A DNA stretch of 64,000 nt from positions 496,001 through 560,000 of the forward strand of contig JAWQFM010000008.1 of NCBI GenBank assembly GCA_033442325.1, in the 5' to 3' direction. Below are positions 52,388 to 64,000 of the stretch, piece by piece. Position 1 is the stretch's first letter. Every line of letters begins with the position of its first letter. Under the pieces are notes generated by a model. It saw only the letters and a list, made by a program, of their open reading frames with translations. It was not told the DNA's origin and made no database searches. The DNA comes from Salpingoeca rosetta. Lineage: Eukaryota; Protista; Choanoflagellata. The position numbers and the translations under genes were made by a program.

Positions 52388-52534
52388 TCAGAAGTTGCAA
52401 AGGCGCCTCTTCGGTTGGCGATTGCTCTGTGGATGGCAGATGCAAGCTGTGCATGTGTACGTGTGGACGTATGCATGTGAATAAATGACAGCACCCATCG
52501 ACAGGGAGTAAGTCGTGAAGCACACGAGAGCGGA

Positions 52535-52587
<53 letters not shown>

Positions 52588-54001
52588 CTCCAAGCGAAAC
52601 GCACCGAATCACCGCGTCGACCCGGCGCTGGAAGACGGCCTTTCATTTCTTTCTCTGGTGGCGTGGACGGACTGAATAGCAAAATGGCAAGACCGCAGTT
52701 GTCACACGCATGTGTTGACAAGCAGATATCAGTTTTCCGAGTGGAAGTTCTGCATGCATTCAAATGCACAGACTTGCAGGTATTGATGGATGGATCAAGA
52801 GAGTGGCAAAAGGCAAACGACGCAGCACACATGCGAGTGTATGCTTTCGTACATCGACTTCAGGGCGCTCGCAGCGTTGCGGAGCTGGTCTTCGAGATTG
52901 TGCATCAGCACTGGCTGGCCAGTCTAAGCAACACGGTGCACAACACGCACAATGTTGCAGTTGAGAACAAGAAAGCGCAAACACGCCTGTACACGCAAAA
53001 ACGCTTGAGCACACCCACATGCATAGGTGTGCTGGCACACGAAATAGACTGAGAGAGCACACACATACATACACACTCAAAGGGGGAGAGAGAGACAAAC
53101 ACAGACACACACACGCAGCCAAACACAAACACAGACACAGACACACACACATGCATACACACAAACATATGCAAACACACACCTGCGTGGGACGGCATGC
53201 TGGCGGCTTGGCGGGTGAGTTGTGCATTGGTGGAGCCGGCGGAGGCGGTGGTGGCAATGGAAACAGGGCATCAAGCGTTGTATCGGATTCATCCTCCACA
53301 ATCGCGGTACCAACATCTCCACACAGGGAGTCTGCGCTCTCATTGTCATCATCGCCGTTGGTACTGCTGCCACCACCAACGATCATGCCTGCGCCATCTG
53401 CTTGTGAGCACTGGTCAGTATTCTCTGCGCGATGTGCTGCTTCCGCTCCGAGCGGCATTGGCCCATCATCATCCGCCACGGATTGCACGGTGCGCAGACT
53501 GGAGTGCCGTGACGATGAAGACGCCAGCGTCGACAGCGTTGTTGTTTGCGACTGCGGGCTTGACGACGATGCCTTTGCTGCCTGTGCACTTGCCATAATC
53601 TGCGCTTGGTCATCGCCCACATGCGTCCACGCCAACGCTGCTGTGAGGCTCGACACACCGTCACCGGCATTACCGCCTTCGCCAGGCTGCGGCGTGTCAG
53701 CGCTGTGGTCGCGGTGCTGCTGCTCTTGCTGTCTCAGCATATGGCCTGCGTGGCCTGCATCAATAATGTTGAATGTTGCTGGTGCGGACTTGCCTTCAGG
53801 ACGGGTTGTTCTGACGCCACCACCTCGATGGCCAGCAACACCGTCGCCGGTCACACGCACGCTGCTGCTGCCGCTGCTGCTGCTATTGCTGTGACTGCTG
53901 CTGCTACCGCTGCTGCTGCTATTGCTGTGACTGCTGCTGGTGTCGCTGCTGTTGTTGCTGCTGTGACTGCTGCTGCTGTTGCTGCTGCTGTGACTGCTGC
54001 C

Positions 54002-54038
<37 letters not shown>

Positions 54039-55415
54039 GTGTCGCTGCTGGTGTAGCTACCGCCACTGCTCATGTCATCCGGCGCGCAGCCTGTCGTGGG
54101 GTGGCAGCCGTCCGTGGGGTGGCTGCTGCTTGATCGCCGTCGTGTGCGCATGTGGTGCTGCACCCTCTCACGCGGCAGCCGCACGTATTTGCTGCCACGA
54201 CGCACGAGGGCGTCGCCTGGGTAGTCGAGCGGCTTCTCCCACACGCTCTCGCGCGTGATGCGGTTGTAGTAGTACACCTCGCGACACACAGCGCCGGTGG
54301 CATCGTCAATCAGGTCAGTGGTCAGCGCACACCACACGTACATGACCCTGCCGTCCTTGTTGGTCTTGCTGGTGGTGTTGGTACCGAATTGGCCTGTCGA
54401 CCTGCCGCTCGCGTTGTACGACGTGACAGCGGAGGAGCAAGGCGTTGCGTCCCGCCCTGGCGAATACTGGCGGCGCTCACCATGCGAACGACTGCGCACG
54501 CGCTGTTCCTGCTCGTGCGCGTCAAATTGCTCGTGGTTGCTCGTGTGGTGTCGGTCCTCTTGCGGATGATATTGGCCGAGGGAATCGCACCGCTGCTGCT
54601 GCTGCTGCTGGTGGTTCTGTTGGTGTTGGTGTTGGTGTTGGTGTTGGTGTTGGTGTTGGTGTTGTTGTTGGTGGTGGTGGTGGATCTCTGTGGGTGTGGT
54701 GGGGGCTGGTCGTGTGCGGGCCGAGATGGGTCGCTCGTATCGCCTTGAAGGTTTTGTGTGGCGCGGTGGCACAGGTGGCACAAACGTGGTTTCGTGTGTG
54801 CGGTCGTTGTAGTAGTAGGGCTGGTTGTTGTGCTCCGGAGAGAACGCCTTGTGCCAGTGCGCAGGCAGTTCTGGCGTGCGTCGGCCGGGGCTTGGCGAAT
54901 GCACTGCCTTGCCTTGCAACATGTTGTCGTAGCACGCATCCTCAAGCATGGCTGGCGGCGGCGGCGGTGTTGCGCTGTGCGTTCGCCGCGAGTGAGGTGG
55001 AGGCGGTGTGGTCACACGCACGCCTGCTAAGTTACCGCTGCTGCCACTTGTTGGGGTTCTTGGGGAGCGCCCGCGCGGAAGTGGCGCGGGGGACTGCTGC
55101 TGCTGCTGCTGGCAGTGTTGCTGATGGTGATGTTGTGGAGGTGCTGGAGACACTGCACCGTGTTCACTCATGTGCGGCTGCTTGCGGCGGCGCTTGCTGA
55201 TGCGTCTGTCCGTGAGCGGGTGGGTGAGGAGGATGGTGGTGCCTGTTGCCTTGCACACGAGCGGCTTTGTTCGGTAGAAGGTGATCAGCTCTGTCAGGCG
55301 CGAGAAGACACGATTGCTGATCTGAAACGTCGGCACAGACTGCGGGCCGTAACTGGCGATGATGCGAAAATGCTTCACTTCGCCTCTGCCACTGCACATG
55401 ACCAACATGCGTTCA

Positions 55416-55490
<75 letters not shown>

Positions 55491-56615
55491 ATGCATGTTA
55501 GGGGGGAGGGGCACGAATGCGCTTGCATGGTGTTGAGGTCTTGTGGTTGAAATTGAGCTCCAAGAACAAAAGCACTTGCAATAGCAACACCAGGTACATA
55601 CGCTGCACATGCACGAAGCGTACAGTGTGACGTACATGACGGAAAGGACGTAGCATGAGCTGCTTTCGCTCGGGCGAACCATGTAGCAGCCGCTGTCGTT
55701 CTTGTGGCGTTCAAGCAGACTGATTGCCTGTGTGTGTATGTGTGTGTGTGTGTTGGCAGGAGGGGTGGTGGTGGTGGTGGTAGAGATGAGAAACGTCATT
55801 CGCAGATACTCACATGTCATTGCAGGCACGTACACACACAGACACACATGCAGACACATAGACACACACACGCACTCACAGCATACCTCCTTGCGCCGCA
55901 GAATGTGAATGCCAGGTACACCCTTGGGTGGCGGCGAGTCGGAGTAGGCAATCTGGTTGCGATGGAGTGCAGGAGCGTCAATGTGAGCTGAGCCGTTGTG
56001 ATGGCGTGTGTGGAAACGAAGGCAAGAAACAGCACGTGTGCGAGAAGGAATGGGGGAAGGCCGAGTAAAGAAGGAAGTGCGGGATGCCCATACCTGGATC
56101 TCCTCAAACTGCACGTGTCCAACCTCGTCCTTCCACTCAATGGGGACTCCAGAGTAGAACAGGAACACAGAGCACTCGTTCAAGTCAACCCTGGTCGTGG
56201 CCCGGCGCGCATGCGCATACGTGTCATTGAGAGAGAGTGTGTGAGTGTATGTGTGTGTGTTTGAAGTGAGTGAGTGAGTGAGTGTGTGTGTGTGTGTGCG
56301 AGAGAGAGTGAGTGTGTGTGAGTGAGTGTGTGTGTGTGTGTGAGCGAGAGAGAGGCAAACGTGTAACCATGTTTGTGTCCATGTGCGTTCGCGCGCAATG
56401 GACCCAATGTGTGAGGACCAGACCTCCACTCACTTGAAGCTTGCTGCCATGGGTTGCACAACCTCGCGCACCGTCTGTTTCGGGTTCCACGCCTGTAGAT
56501 AACGACAGGCGAAGCATGCACAAGTTGTGTTGGTGAGAAACAAAGCTAGTGAGTGGGTGCATGTGTGTGTGTGTGTGTGGAAGCAAGGGGAGGGGCAGTC
56601 TAGGAGGAACGGCAA

Positions 56616-56682
<67 letters not shown>

Positions 56683-56990
56683 ACGCACACGCACACGCAC
56701 ACGCACACGCACACGCACACGCACACACACAGGCAGTGAGGACGCACCCGACACATGCGTGGGCTGCCGAGATCGTCCGGGAAGTGAACGTGGATGTAGA
56801 AAGCTGCAATGGTTGATGCACAAGAGGTCATTTCATTGAATGTGAATGTGTTTGAACGTGAGTGTATGTGTGTGTGTGTGGTGAGGAGAAACAACGAGGA
56901 CACAACCGAGCGTGGCTACCAGCCACCAAAGGGTCACAACTCTTGCTCCTCCAAAGGCGGTAGCAGGCCGCCTTTACCTTCATCTGCCAT
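52388..56990 (-). CDS. Signalling adaptor: ubiquitin-like/RBD-like N-terminus, SH2, two WW domains, Ser/Gln-rich linker, poly-Pro and WH2-like motif
   Basis: Spliced MADE|AFYIHVHFPDDLGSPRMCR|AWNPKQTVREVVQPMAASFK|VDLNECSVFL..; SH2 RRKE|AISLLE..GCYMVRPSES..YVLSV..VKHFRI..FSRLTELITFY; WW1 LPAHWHKAFSPEHNNQPYYYNDRTHETTFVPP; WW2 ..VYYYNRITRESVWEKP. Phase-consistent 3' exons end KRRLCNF*. Termini are less certain. Confidence 0.75.
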
Positions 56991-57517
56991 GCCGACGGGT
57001 CACGAGCTTGATGTTGGTCTGGGTCGAGCAATAAGCCGGAAACCTTTGAAGGTGCTTGCTTGCTTGCTGTTGACGTGGCAACGCACCTGCGTTGGATGGA
57101 AGCCAAGAAAAGGGATGGAGAACGGGGTGAGCGTTGTACAAACGAAGCAGAGCAATCCACCGGTGTGTTGGATGGCAATGAGTCGGATGGCAAGTGTACG
57201 CACGGACAAGTTGGTACATGCACACACACACATGCATGGCGCACCTGGGCGTCTCTGCGTGCAAGGGATGGGGGCGAGGCAGGGGGGTCTGCTGAGATGC
57301 GACACAGCTGGCTGCTCGCTGCGGTGAGTTGGCGGTGGCTGAGGGAGAAGATCGAGGGCGGACGTGGTGATGTCGTGCGTGGGAGCGAAATACACACTCA
57401 TACACACACACGGAAGGAACGGACAAACACCGCGGTCAGTCAGCAAGAAGGAATGCGATGCGTGAACGTGTGCGTCGTGTCTGTGTGCGTTTGGGGAAGG
57501 GGAGGGAAGAGGTGAGA

Positions 57518-57543
57518 CTTGTTGCTTGCTTGCTTGTTGCTTG
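57518..57543. promoter_or_regulatory. Second copy of the 26-bp TTGC-rich motif, in the adaptor/C7orf25 divergent intergenic region
   Basis: Identical to 35442-35467. Confidence 0.35.
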
Positions 57544-57843
57544 TTTGTTTGTTTGCTTGCTTGTGGGTCGCGAGCTGCTCGCGCACACTTGGAAGCGAAG
57601 GTGCTTGGATCTTGCTCACTGCACCAACACCAGAGTCACCAACACCACCAACCACCGGCCGAAAAGTTTTGGCTGTTGGCAGGACCTCTGTAACGACTTC
57701 CTTCTGCTTCTTGCTTGTTGTTCGGAATCGCAGCGGCAAAACCTGAAAACAAGTTTTCCGGACACAGTCGTCTCAAAGAAGAAAGAGACAAGCAACAAGA
57801 AGGAAGCACAAGTGACGCACCTGTAACCGAGCACGCCTTGGCC

Positions 57844-58176
57844 ATGGAGGAGGCGGAGAGGCAGCGACTGGAAGCATGCGCAAGCGAGATGGTGAAGGCA
57901 ATTGAGACGGGCTTCCCCACCGATGTTGAGGGCATCGACAAGGTTTGTGTGGGTTTGGGCGTGTTGATGTGATGTGAGCAGACAACGGGCAGTGCCATCA
58001 TGGGATGCACACGCAGGCTGGGTTGCTCAATCTGCGCACTGGTGACATGTTCACATGCGTATACACACACACACACACACTCACACACACACTCACGCAC
58101 ACACACATACACCAGCTCAAGAAACGAGTGGGCGCGGAGTTGGAGTTCCTGCAAGGGTTGCGAGGTGCTTTCGATG

Positions 58177-58209
<33 letters not shown>

Positions 58210-60240
58210 AAGACGGCGACCTGTGCCAACTTCAGCAACACGAAACGGAAGCAAAGAACGAGGGGAAGAAGAATGAGGAAGAGCAACGGCGGACACAGCG
58301 ACGACAACTGGCAGCAGCAAAGCTGGCAAGCACAAACTTGCCGCACTTGCAACAGATTGTCGCATACGTCCAAGACCATCGCGACGCCGTGACTGCCGTT
58401 TTTCACAAGGTGCCATGTTTTGGCTTTGTTCTTGCACACGCACACACACACACATACACACACACATACACACCTACCCACACACACACACACACACACA
58501 CACCCGCTCTCTACTCACACAGCCTGCCCTTACGTTGTGCTTGTCATGCCACACATGCGTTCCCACGACTTGATGTGTACTTTCATACTACTTCCAGGTC
58601 CGCGTCAGGTCAAGGAATGGCGTTCTTGGAGGCGTTGTGGACATTGTTGCCGACGGAGGGCGCTCTTGGTTCAAAGTCACTGCGCGGAAGGTGTGAGCTG
58701 GTGAAGGGGATGCAAGGCGTGCGCGTGCGCGTGTGCCAGTTGTGCGCTTCACAACAGCAGCAGGATGTTCCTGCGATTGCTCAGGCACACACGAGCGTGT
58801 CGTTGTTTAACTCGTGCGCCGGCATCAAATCACCATGTGCACAATTGCAGGCCATTGCACTTCAGCTGATATGGGAGGGCCGTGCAAGCTTCAAGAAGAA
58901 AAGCATCGTGGATCAAATCATGGTAGCAAAGATGTGGTGAACAAGAAGTGCGGATGCACGTGAAATGTGTGTTTGTGTGTGTCTCGCTGCTTGCTTCAGA
59001 TACAGCCGTTGCCAGGCCCACTCTTTTGGTTGTTCATACGCATCCATTGTGCACGTGCCTTGCATGTGTTGATTGCGTGCTGTGTACAACTGCAGGAGCT
59101 GCGTGACCTTGCAATGCAGTGTCCAGTTGGGTCCACATTCCCCTCTCTCACAGTACGTTGCATTCTTGTCCGCCCATGTTGTGCGCGTGTGGGTGCGTGT
59201 ATACGCGTGTGAGGAGATGGAAACGCGTGCATGTGCGCTTTTCGTGTTCCTGCGTCAGCGTGGATACGGCACACATGAATGTGTTTCCGTATGCGCGTGG
59301 GTCGCAAAGGTCATGTTTGATACAGTGGCAATGCCGTGAACACACACGTCCTGCATTGCACTGTGCTTTGTTTTGTCGGTTCAGGCCGTCTTTGCCAGCG
59401 GTGTCACATCTGAGATGAAACAGCACCTTCAAGGTCAGTTGCCCTTTGCAAGTGCGAGTGTGCGTATGTGTGTTCGTGGTCGCCATCAAGCAGCGCCATG
59501 CTGGAATAAACGCCGCTTTTCACCGCCCTCTTCTTTCTTGTTCTCTCTCTCTCTCTCTCTTTCCCTTCCATCCCTCCTCTGCAATGTCTGGGTAGGTCTT
59601 GGTGTGCATGTTGCTGGGGCTGTGGTGCCATATCAGCGTCAGGAGGAAGACAGTGACGACTCGACGTGTGAAGAACACCACCAAACTAGCACCAAGGGTG
59701 GTGATGCTTGCAAGCAAGACACACAACACCAAGAATGCACCCAGAGCCCAAGCGGGGAGCTTGCACAGCGGTGTCTAGCAGCACACGACTTCATGCACAA
59801 TACAGGCACTCACGCAATCGGTCGTGATGCCGAGGCAAGGCAGTTGTTTGAGAGCGTACTTGCGTTGGACACGTGCCGTGTTGATGATGCAGCACAACAG
59901 ATGCGCCAGTTGCTCCAAGCGGCAACCCTATCACCACCGCCACCACTGCCACCACAATCGTCAGAGGATACCGGCGTGGAGGGATGCGTGGGCTACACCG
60001 CAGCTGTGCGAGCGTGGCTGGACAACCAGGGCGGGCGTTCACGTTTTATCAACCTGGACATCTCATCACTTGTGCTCTTGATATCAGGTGTGTGTGTGTG
60101 TGTGCGTGTGTGTGTGTGTGTGTGCGTGTGTGTGTGTGTGTGCTGACAATGGGCTGTGTGAGGTGCTTTTCTTCGGCGGCACTGTACTTTAACCCACGCA
60201 TTTACGTGCACACATGCTTACACACATGCTTACACACATG

Positions 60241-60289
<49 letters not shown>

Positions 60290-61275
60290 GCGCGCGTGCC
60301 AGATGTGAGCTATGGGCTGTCACCTGCACGAACGTTGTGCGATCCGCTCCTGGTGCAAATGGCGGAGCAAGAGGCCGAAAAGGCAGCAATGCCGGGCGTG
60401 TTGACCCACATATGGGGGCGACACCTGCTTGTGTGTCAGACAGCGCGTGACGGGTTCAACTCCATTGTGCGCACCATTGCTGGACCCCGCGAGCGGGCAA
60501 GAGCGAAGGTAGCTTTGTGGTATATGCTCGTTGATCTTTGGAACAACCACACGTGTGATGATGCTTTGTTGACGTGTGTGTGTGCGTGCGTGCGTGTGCG
60601 TGCGTGCGTGTGCGCGTGCATGTGATGGGTGACGCTTCACATGCTGACTTGCTCGCGTGCGTTTGCATTGTTTCTCAATTTGTTGCGTGTTTGCAAGGTG
60701 CTGCTGGAGCGCTGTTCATTTGTCGGCGACCTCAAAGCCCAATCTGTGGCCGCACTCCCAGTGAGTCTGATTGTGGGCATGTGTGTATGTGCATATGGAT
60801 GTGCATGTGTATGTGCATGTGGATGTGCATGTGTGAGCGTGTGAGCGTGTGTGAGCGTGTGTATGTGTGCGTATATGTGTGTGAGCGTGTGTTCAAGTCG
60901 TCTCATCTCATTGAAACACTTGTCTTTGTTGTTGCTCAAAACACACAATACACACATGATAATGATTCACCTCTGCTCCTGAATCTCAGTTGACAGGCAA
61001 AGTGAAGCGGCGAACAAAGGTGGACACACCAGCACCAACTTACTGGGATATGCGCGTGCACCTACCGAGCAACACGTATCAGCGTGTGGGCGGTGCACAC
61101 TCGATTGCCATGCACGTACGTGTGTGATGCCAAGATGATTCCGCGTCTTGCCTCATGCATGTTCCTTTGCTCGCGACAGGCCATCTTCTCCTGTGGAGCC
61201 GCCTTGGACGTGCCAACCTTGACTGCAAACAGCGCTTTTCTTCGCAGCGCACTTCAATATGGTGCGCATGCAAAC

Positions 61276-61344
<69 letters not shown>

Positions 61345-61635
61345 GATACGAACTGATGCGAACACCATTTCCTCACTCACACACGCGTGCACACCCCATG
61401 CTCAGGCATGCATCTGCTTGCGGCTGAGCACCCAGGGCGGGCGTTGACGGAGACGCAAGTTGATCGGTGGATCGCATTTGGCAAGAAGCCGAGAGTGAAC
61501 GAAGACCATTACCATGCACGCGCACGCGAGTTAATGACGCACAGACGCGAGGAGAACGACGCAACAACGAAGATGGTCAAGGAGAGGCACCCTCACAAAG
61601 GAGATTTATCACAACATGATGGAACTATGCCATGA
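57844..61635 (+). CDS. C7orf25: UPF0415 / C7orf25 homologue (DUF1308, PIN-like), multi-exon
   Basis: VEGIDK|LKKRVGAELEFL, STNLPHL, VDIVADGGRSWFKV, VFASGVT, INLDISSLVLLISDVSYG, LVCQTARDGFNSIVRTIAGPRERARA, TLTANSAFLRSA, HPGRALTE. Confidence 0.87.
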
Positions 61636-61810
61636 TGCCATCCGCGCTTGCGTCGCAGTCATCTGGTGCTGCCATGCGCTTGTTCCTTTGCTCGCATGTG
61701 TTGTGTTGTACTCGTTGAAGGAAAGAAACGGATCACAAAAAGGCAAACACAGCCAGGTCAACCATCAACTGCACTATCACACGTAATTCAAAGCAGCAGC
61801 AGACCATCAG

Positions 61811-61940
<130 letters not shown>

Positions 61941-62155
61941 NNNNNNNNNNNNNNNNNNNNNNNNNNNNNNNNNNNNNNNNNNNNNNNNNNNNNNNNNNNN
62001 NNNNNNNNNNNNNNNNNNNNNNNNNNNNNNNNNNNNNNNNNNNNNNNNNNNNNNNNNNNNNNNNNNNNNNNNNNNNNNNNNNNNNNNNNNNNNNNNNNNN
62101 NNNNNNNNNNNNNNNNNNNNNNNNNNNNNNNNNNNNNNNNNNNNNNNNNNNNNNN
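61941..62155. other. Assembly gap (215 N) between (CAA)n and (CAC)n tracts
   Basis: Run of N. Confidence 1.
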
Positions 62156-64000
62156 ACTCCACCACCACCACCACCACCACCACCACCACCACCACCACCA
62201 CCACCACCAGCAGCAGCAGCACTGCGCATGGTGGCAGACGATGCTGCCTCTCCCACCCCTTCCATTGCCTTGTCTCCCTCTTCTCCCTCCTTTTCCTCTT
62301 CGTCTTCGCCCTCGTCTTCGCCCTCGTGTTCGTCCTCGTGTTCGTCTTGCTCCCTCTCATCGAGGATGCGTCGCTGCCGCTCCAGCTGCGTGTCCACCGA
62401 GTCGATGATCGCCTGCACGCGCGTCTTCCCGTCCTTGCGGTACTGCCCGCGGTCTTGTGCCAGCTGCTGAATTTCCTCCTCCAAACACCCGCCCACATCG
62501 ATGGTCGAGGTGGCCGACGTGGCGGTGGTCTTGCCCCTTCGAGCGACGTTGCCCTTAATGAGCGCCAGCACCACCTCCATTGGGTTGAGGTCGCTGTACG
62601 ATGGCGGAGAGAAGAGCACCCTGTGGCCCTGGGCTGCGGCCAACTGCACAACCTCCGGCTGCACGTTGTCGTTCACCCACTGCTGCAGACGGAGTCTGAG
62701 CTCGCTGGCAAAGTCCGTCTCACTCACAGCGACACCCCTCGCTTGCAGGGCCGCGATGACGTCTGCCTTGTTCATCTGCTCGGGCACTGGCGTGTCTGCC
62801 GGGAGGGTGCGGTGGTAGGCGGCGTTGTCCATGATGATGAGTGATGGCTGATGCAGGTTTGGCAGCAGCGCCTCCTTGAACCAGCCGAGGAAGTTCTGCG
62901 CATTGAATGCCTTGTGGTAGTCGCCTGTGTGAAACGCCCCACGCTGCGCCTTGCTCCGCGCACGGCGCTGTTTTGGTTGCTGCTGCTGTTGAGGGAGATC
63001 GTCGTCAGCAACAGGGCATGTCCTACGGGTGTGGCCCGGCTGCTTACACCGCCCACACTTGCGTGACGACTGCTGTGGCATGTTGCCGTGCTGCTGCAAT
63101 TGCTGCCGCTGCTGCTGCTGCTGCTGCTTCCCATGCCGTTGCTGCCGCTCCCGCTGCGGTCCGCTGCTTGGGTCGAAGATCCAGGGCGAGTTTGGAACCG
63201 GCCCAGCAAGGGCGCGATCGTCGTGGTCGCCGTCAACACAAGTGCGCGGGTCTGGACCCTGGACTGCGAGGGCGAAACAGTAGCGGCGACCGCGGTTCGT
63301 CTTGCGGTGGCTGCCCTGATCGTTGTTGCTGTTGTTGTTATCAACGTACGATTCATCCAAGTACACCTACGGGACAGGGTACGGACTGTGAGCAACGCAG
63401 GGCAACGCGCAGCAAACTCGTGACAACAATAACTATGCAACAACAGACACAGCCACACCACAGCACAGACAAACACAAACGCACACACACCCACACCCAC
63501 ACATAGACACGCAGACACACACACACACACACACCCACACATAGACACGCAGACACACACACACACAGACACGCGCGCGCAGACACAAACACGCAGACAC
63601 AAACAAACACAAACACACAGACACACACACACACACACACGCAGACACAAACACACACAGACACACAGACACGTGCTCATACCTCTCTGAGGCGTTGGGC
63701 AGGCGACAGTTGCCTGTTTGCGTCGAGTTCCTTCAGGTACTTCACGAGCAGCCGGGCGTGCTTGAGCTTTCCTTGCACGACGTGCTTTTTGCGGCGGAGA
63801 TACCCTGCGCGCTGGAGAAACCGCTGCACCGACCGCAGAGCCGCGGCCTTGTCCTGTTCGTCATCGTCATCCCCGAGGAAAGAAGGCTGTACGTCCACGT
63901 GCCCGTGCTGGCGCAGAAACTTAAACACTTGCACAGCTGTGACACGCTGTCCAGCCTCCGTCTGCATCTGCACGAAGTCGCGAACTTGACGAAGCACACG
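62156..64000 (-). mobile_element. IS630-Tc1-mariner-type DDE transposase (DD83E, Sailor-like) or transposase-derived gene. Partial: 5' end outside the window, 3' end at the gap. Intron 63367-63682
   Basis: RE|VYLDESYV (D1 at 63355-57), GRRYCF, GDYHKAFNAQNFLGWF, IIMDNAAYH (D2 at 62827-29), VLFSPPSYSDLNPME (E at 62575-77); 83 residues between D2 and E; upstream HTH-like ALRSVQRFLQRAGY. Confidence 0.85.

Noticed and set aside
52388-52426. CaaX prenylation motif at the adaptor C-terminus (KRRLCNF)
   Set aside because: The Cys is third from the end, not fourth, and the last exon is uncertain.

Overview
Intron-rich, GC-rich eukaryotic DNA whose introns are full of (CA)n/(GT)n microsatellites. This style and the gene content (SH2 adaptor, HSF, PRMT7, CREG) suggest a choanoflagellate such as Salpingoeca; that is an inference. 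Splicing by eye gives 11 complete multi- or single-exon protein genes plus a partial transposase gene. In order: a ~1914-aa secreted EAR/EPTP-repeat protein with a phage-fibre-like segment (-), a ZDHHC3/7-like palmitoyltransferase (-), PRMT7 (-), Golgi alpha-mannosidase II (+), an intronless PiT/SLC20 phosphate transporter with a huge loop (-), CREG (-), HDHD2 (+), a FAAH-like amidase (-), heat-shock factor (+), a Ubl/RBD-SH2-WW-WW-polyPro-WH2-like adaptor (-), UPF0415/C7orf25 (+), and an intron-containing DD83E IS630-Tc1-mariner (Sailor-like) transposase with an inserted CCHC zinc knuckle (-). The most notable observations are a 2-nt microexon needed to complete the DHHCPW motif, a recurring 5'-(GT)n...(CA)n-3' intron layout, the EAR/fibre protein, the adaptor architecture and the modified transposase. 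Most ORF-track entries are microsatellite or antisense artefacts. There are two assembly gaps. No tRNA, rRNA or CRISPR array was seen.
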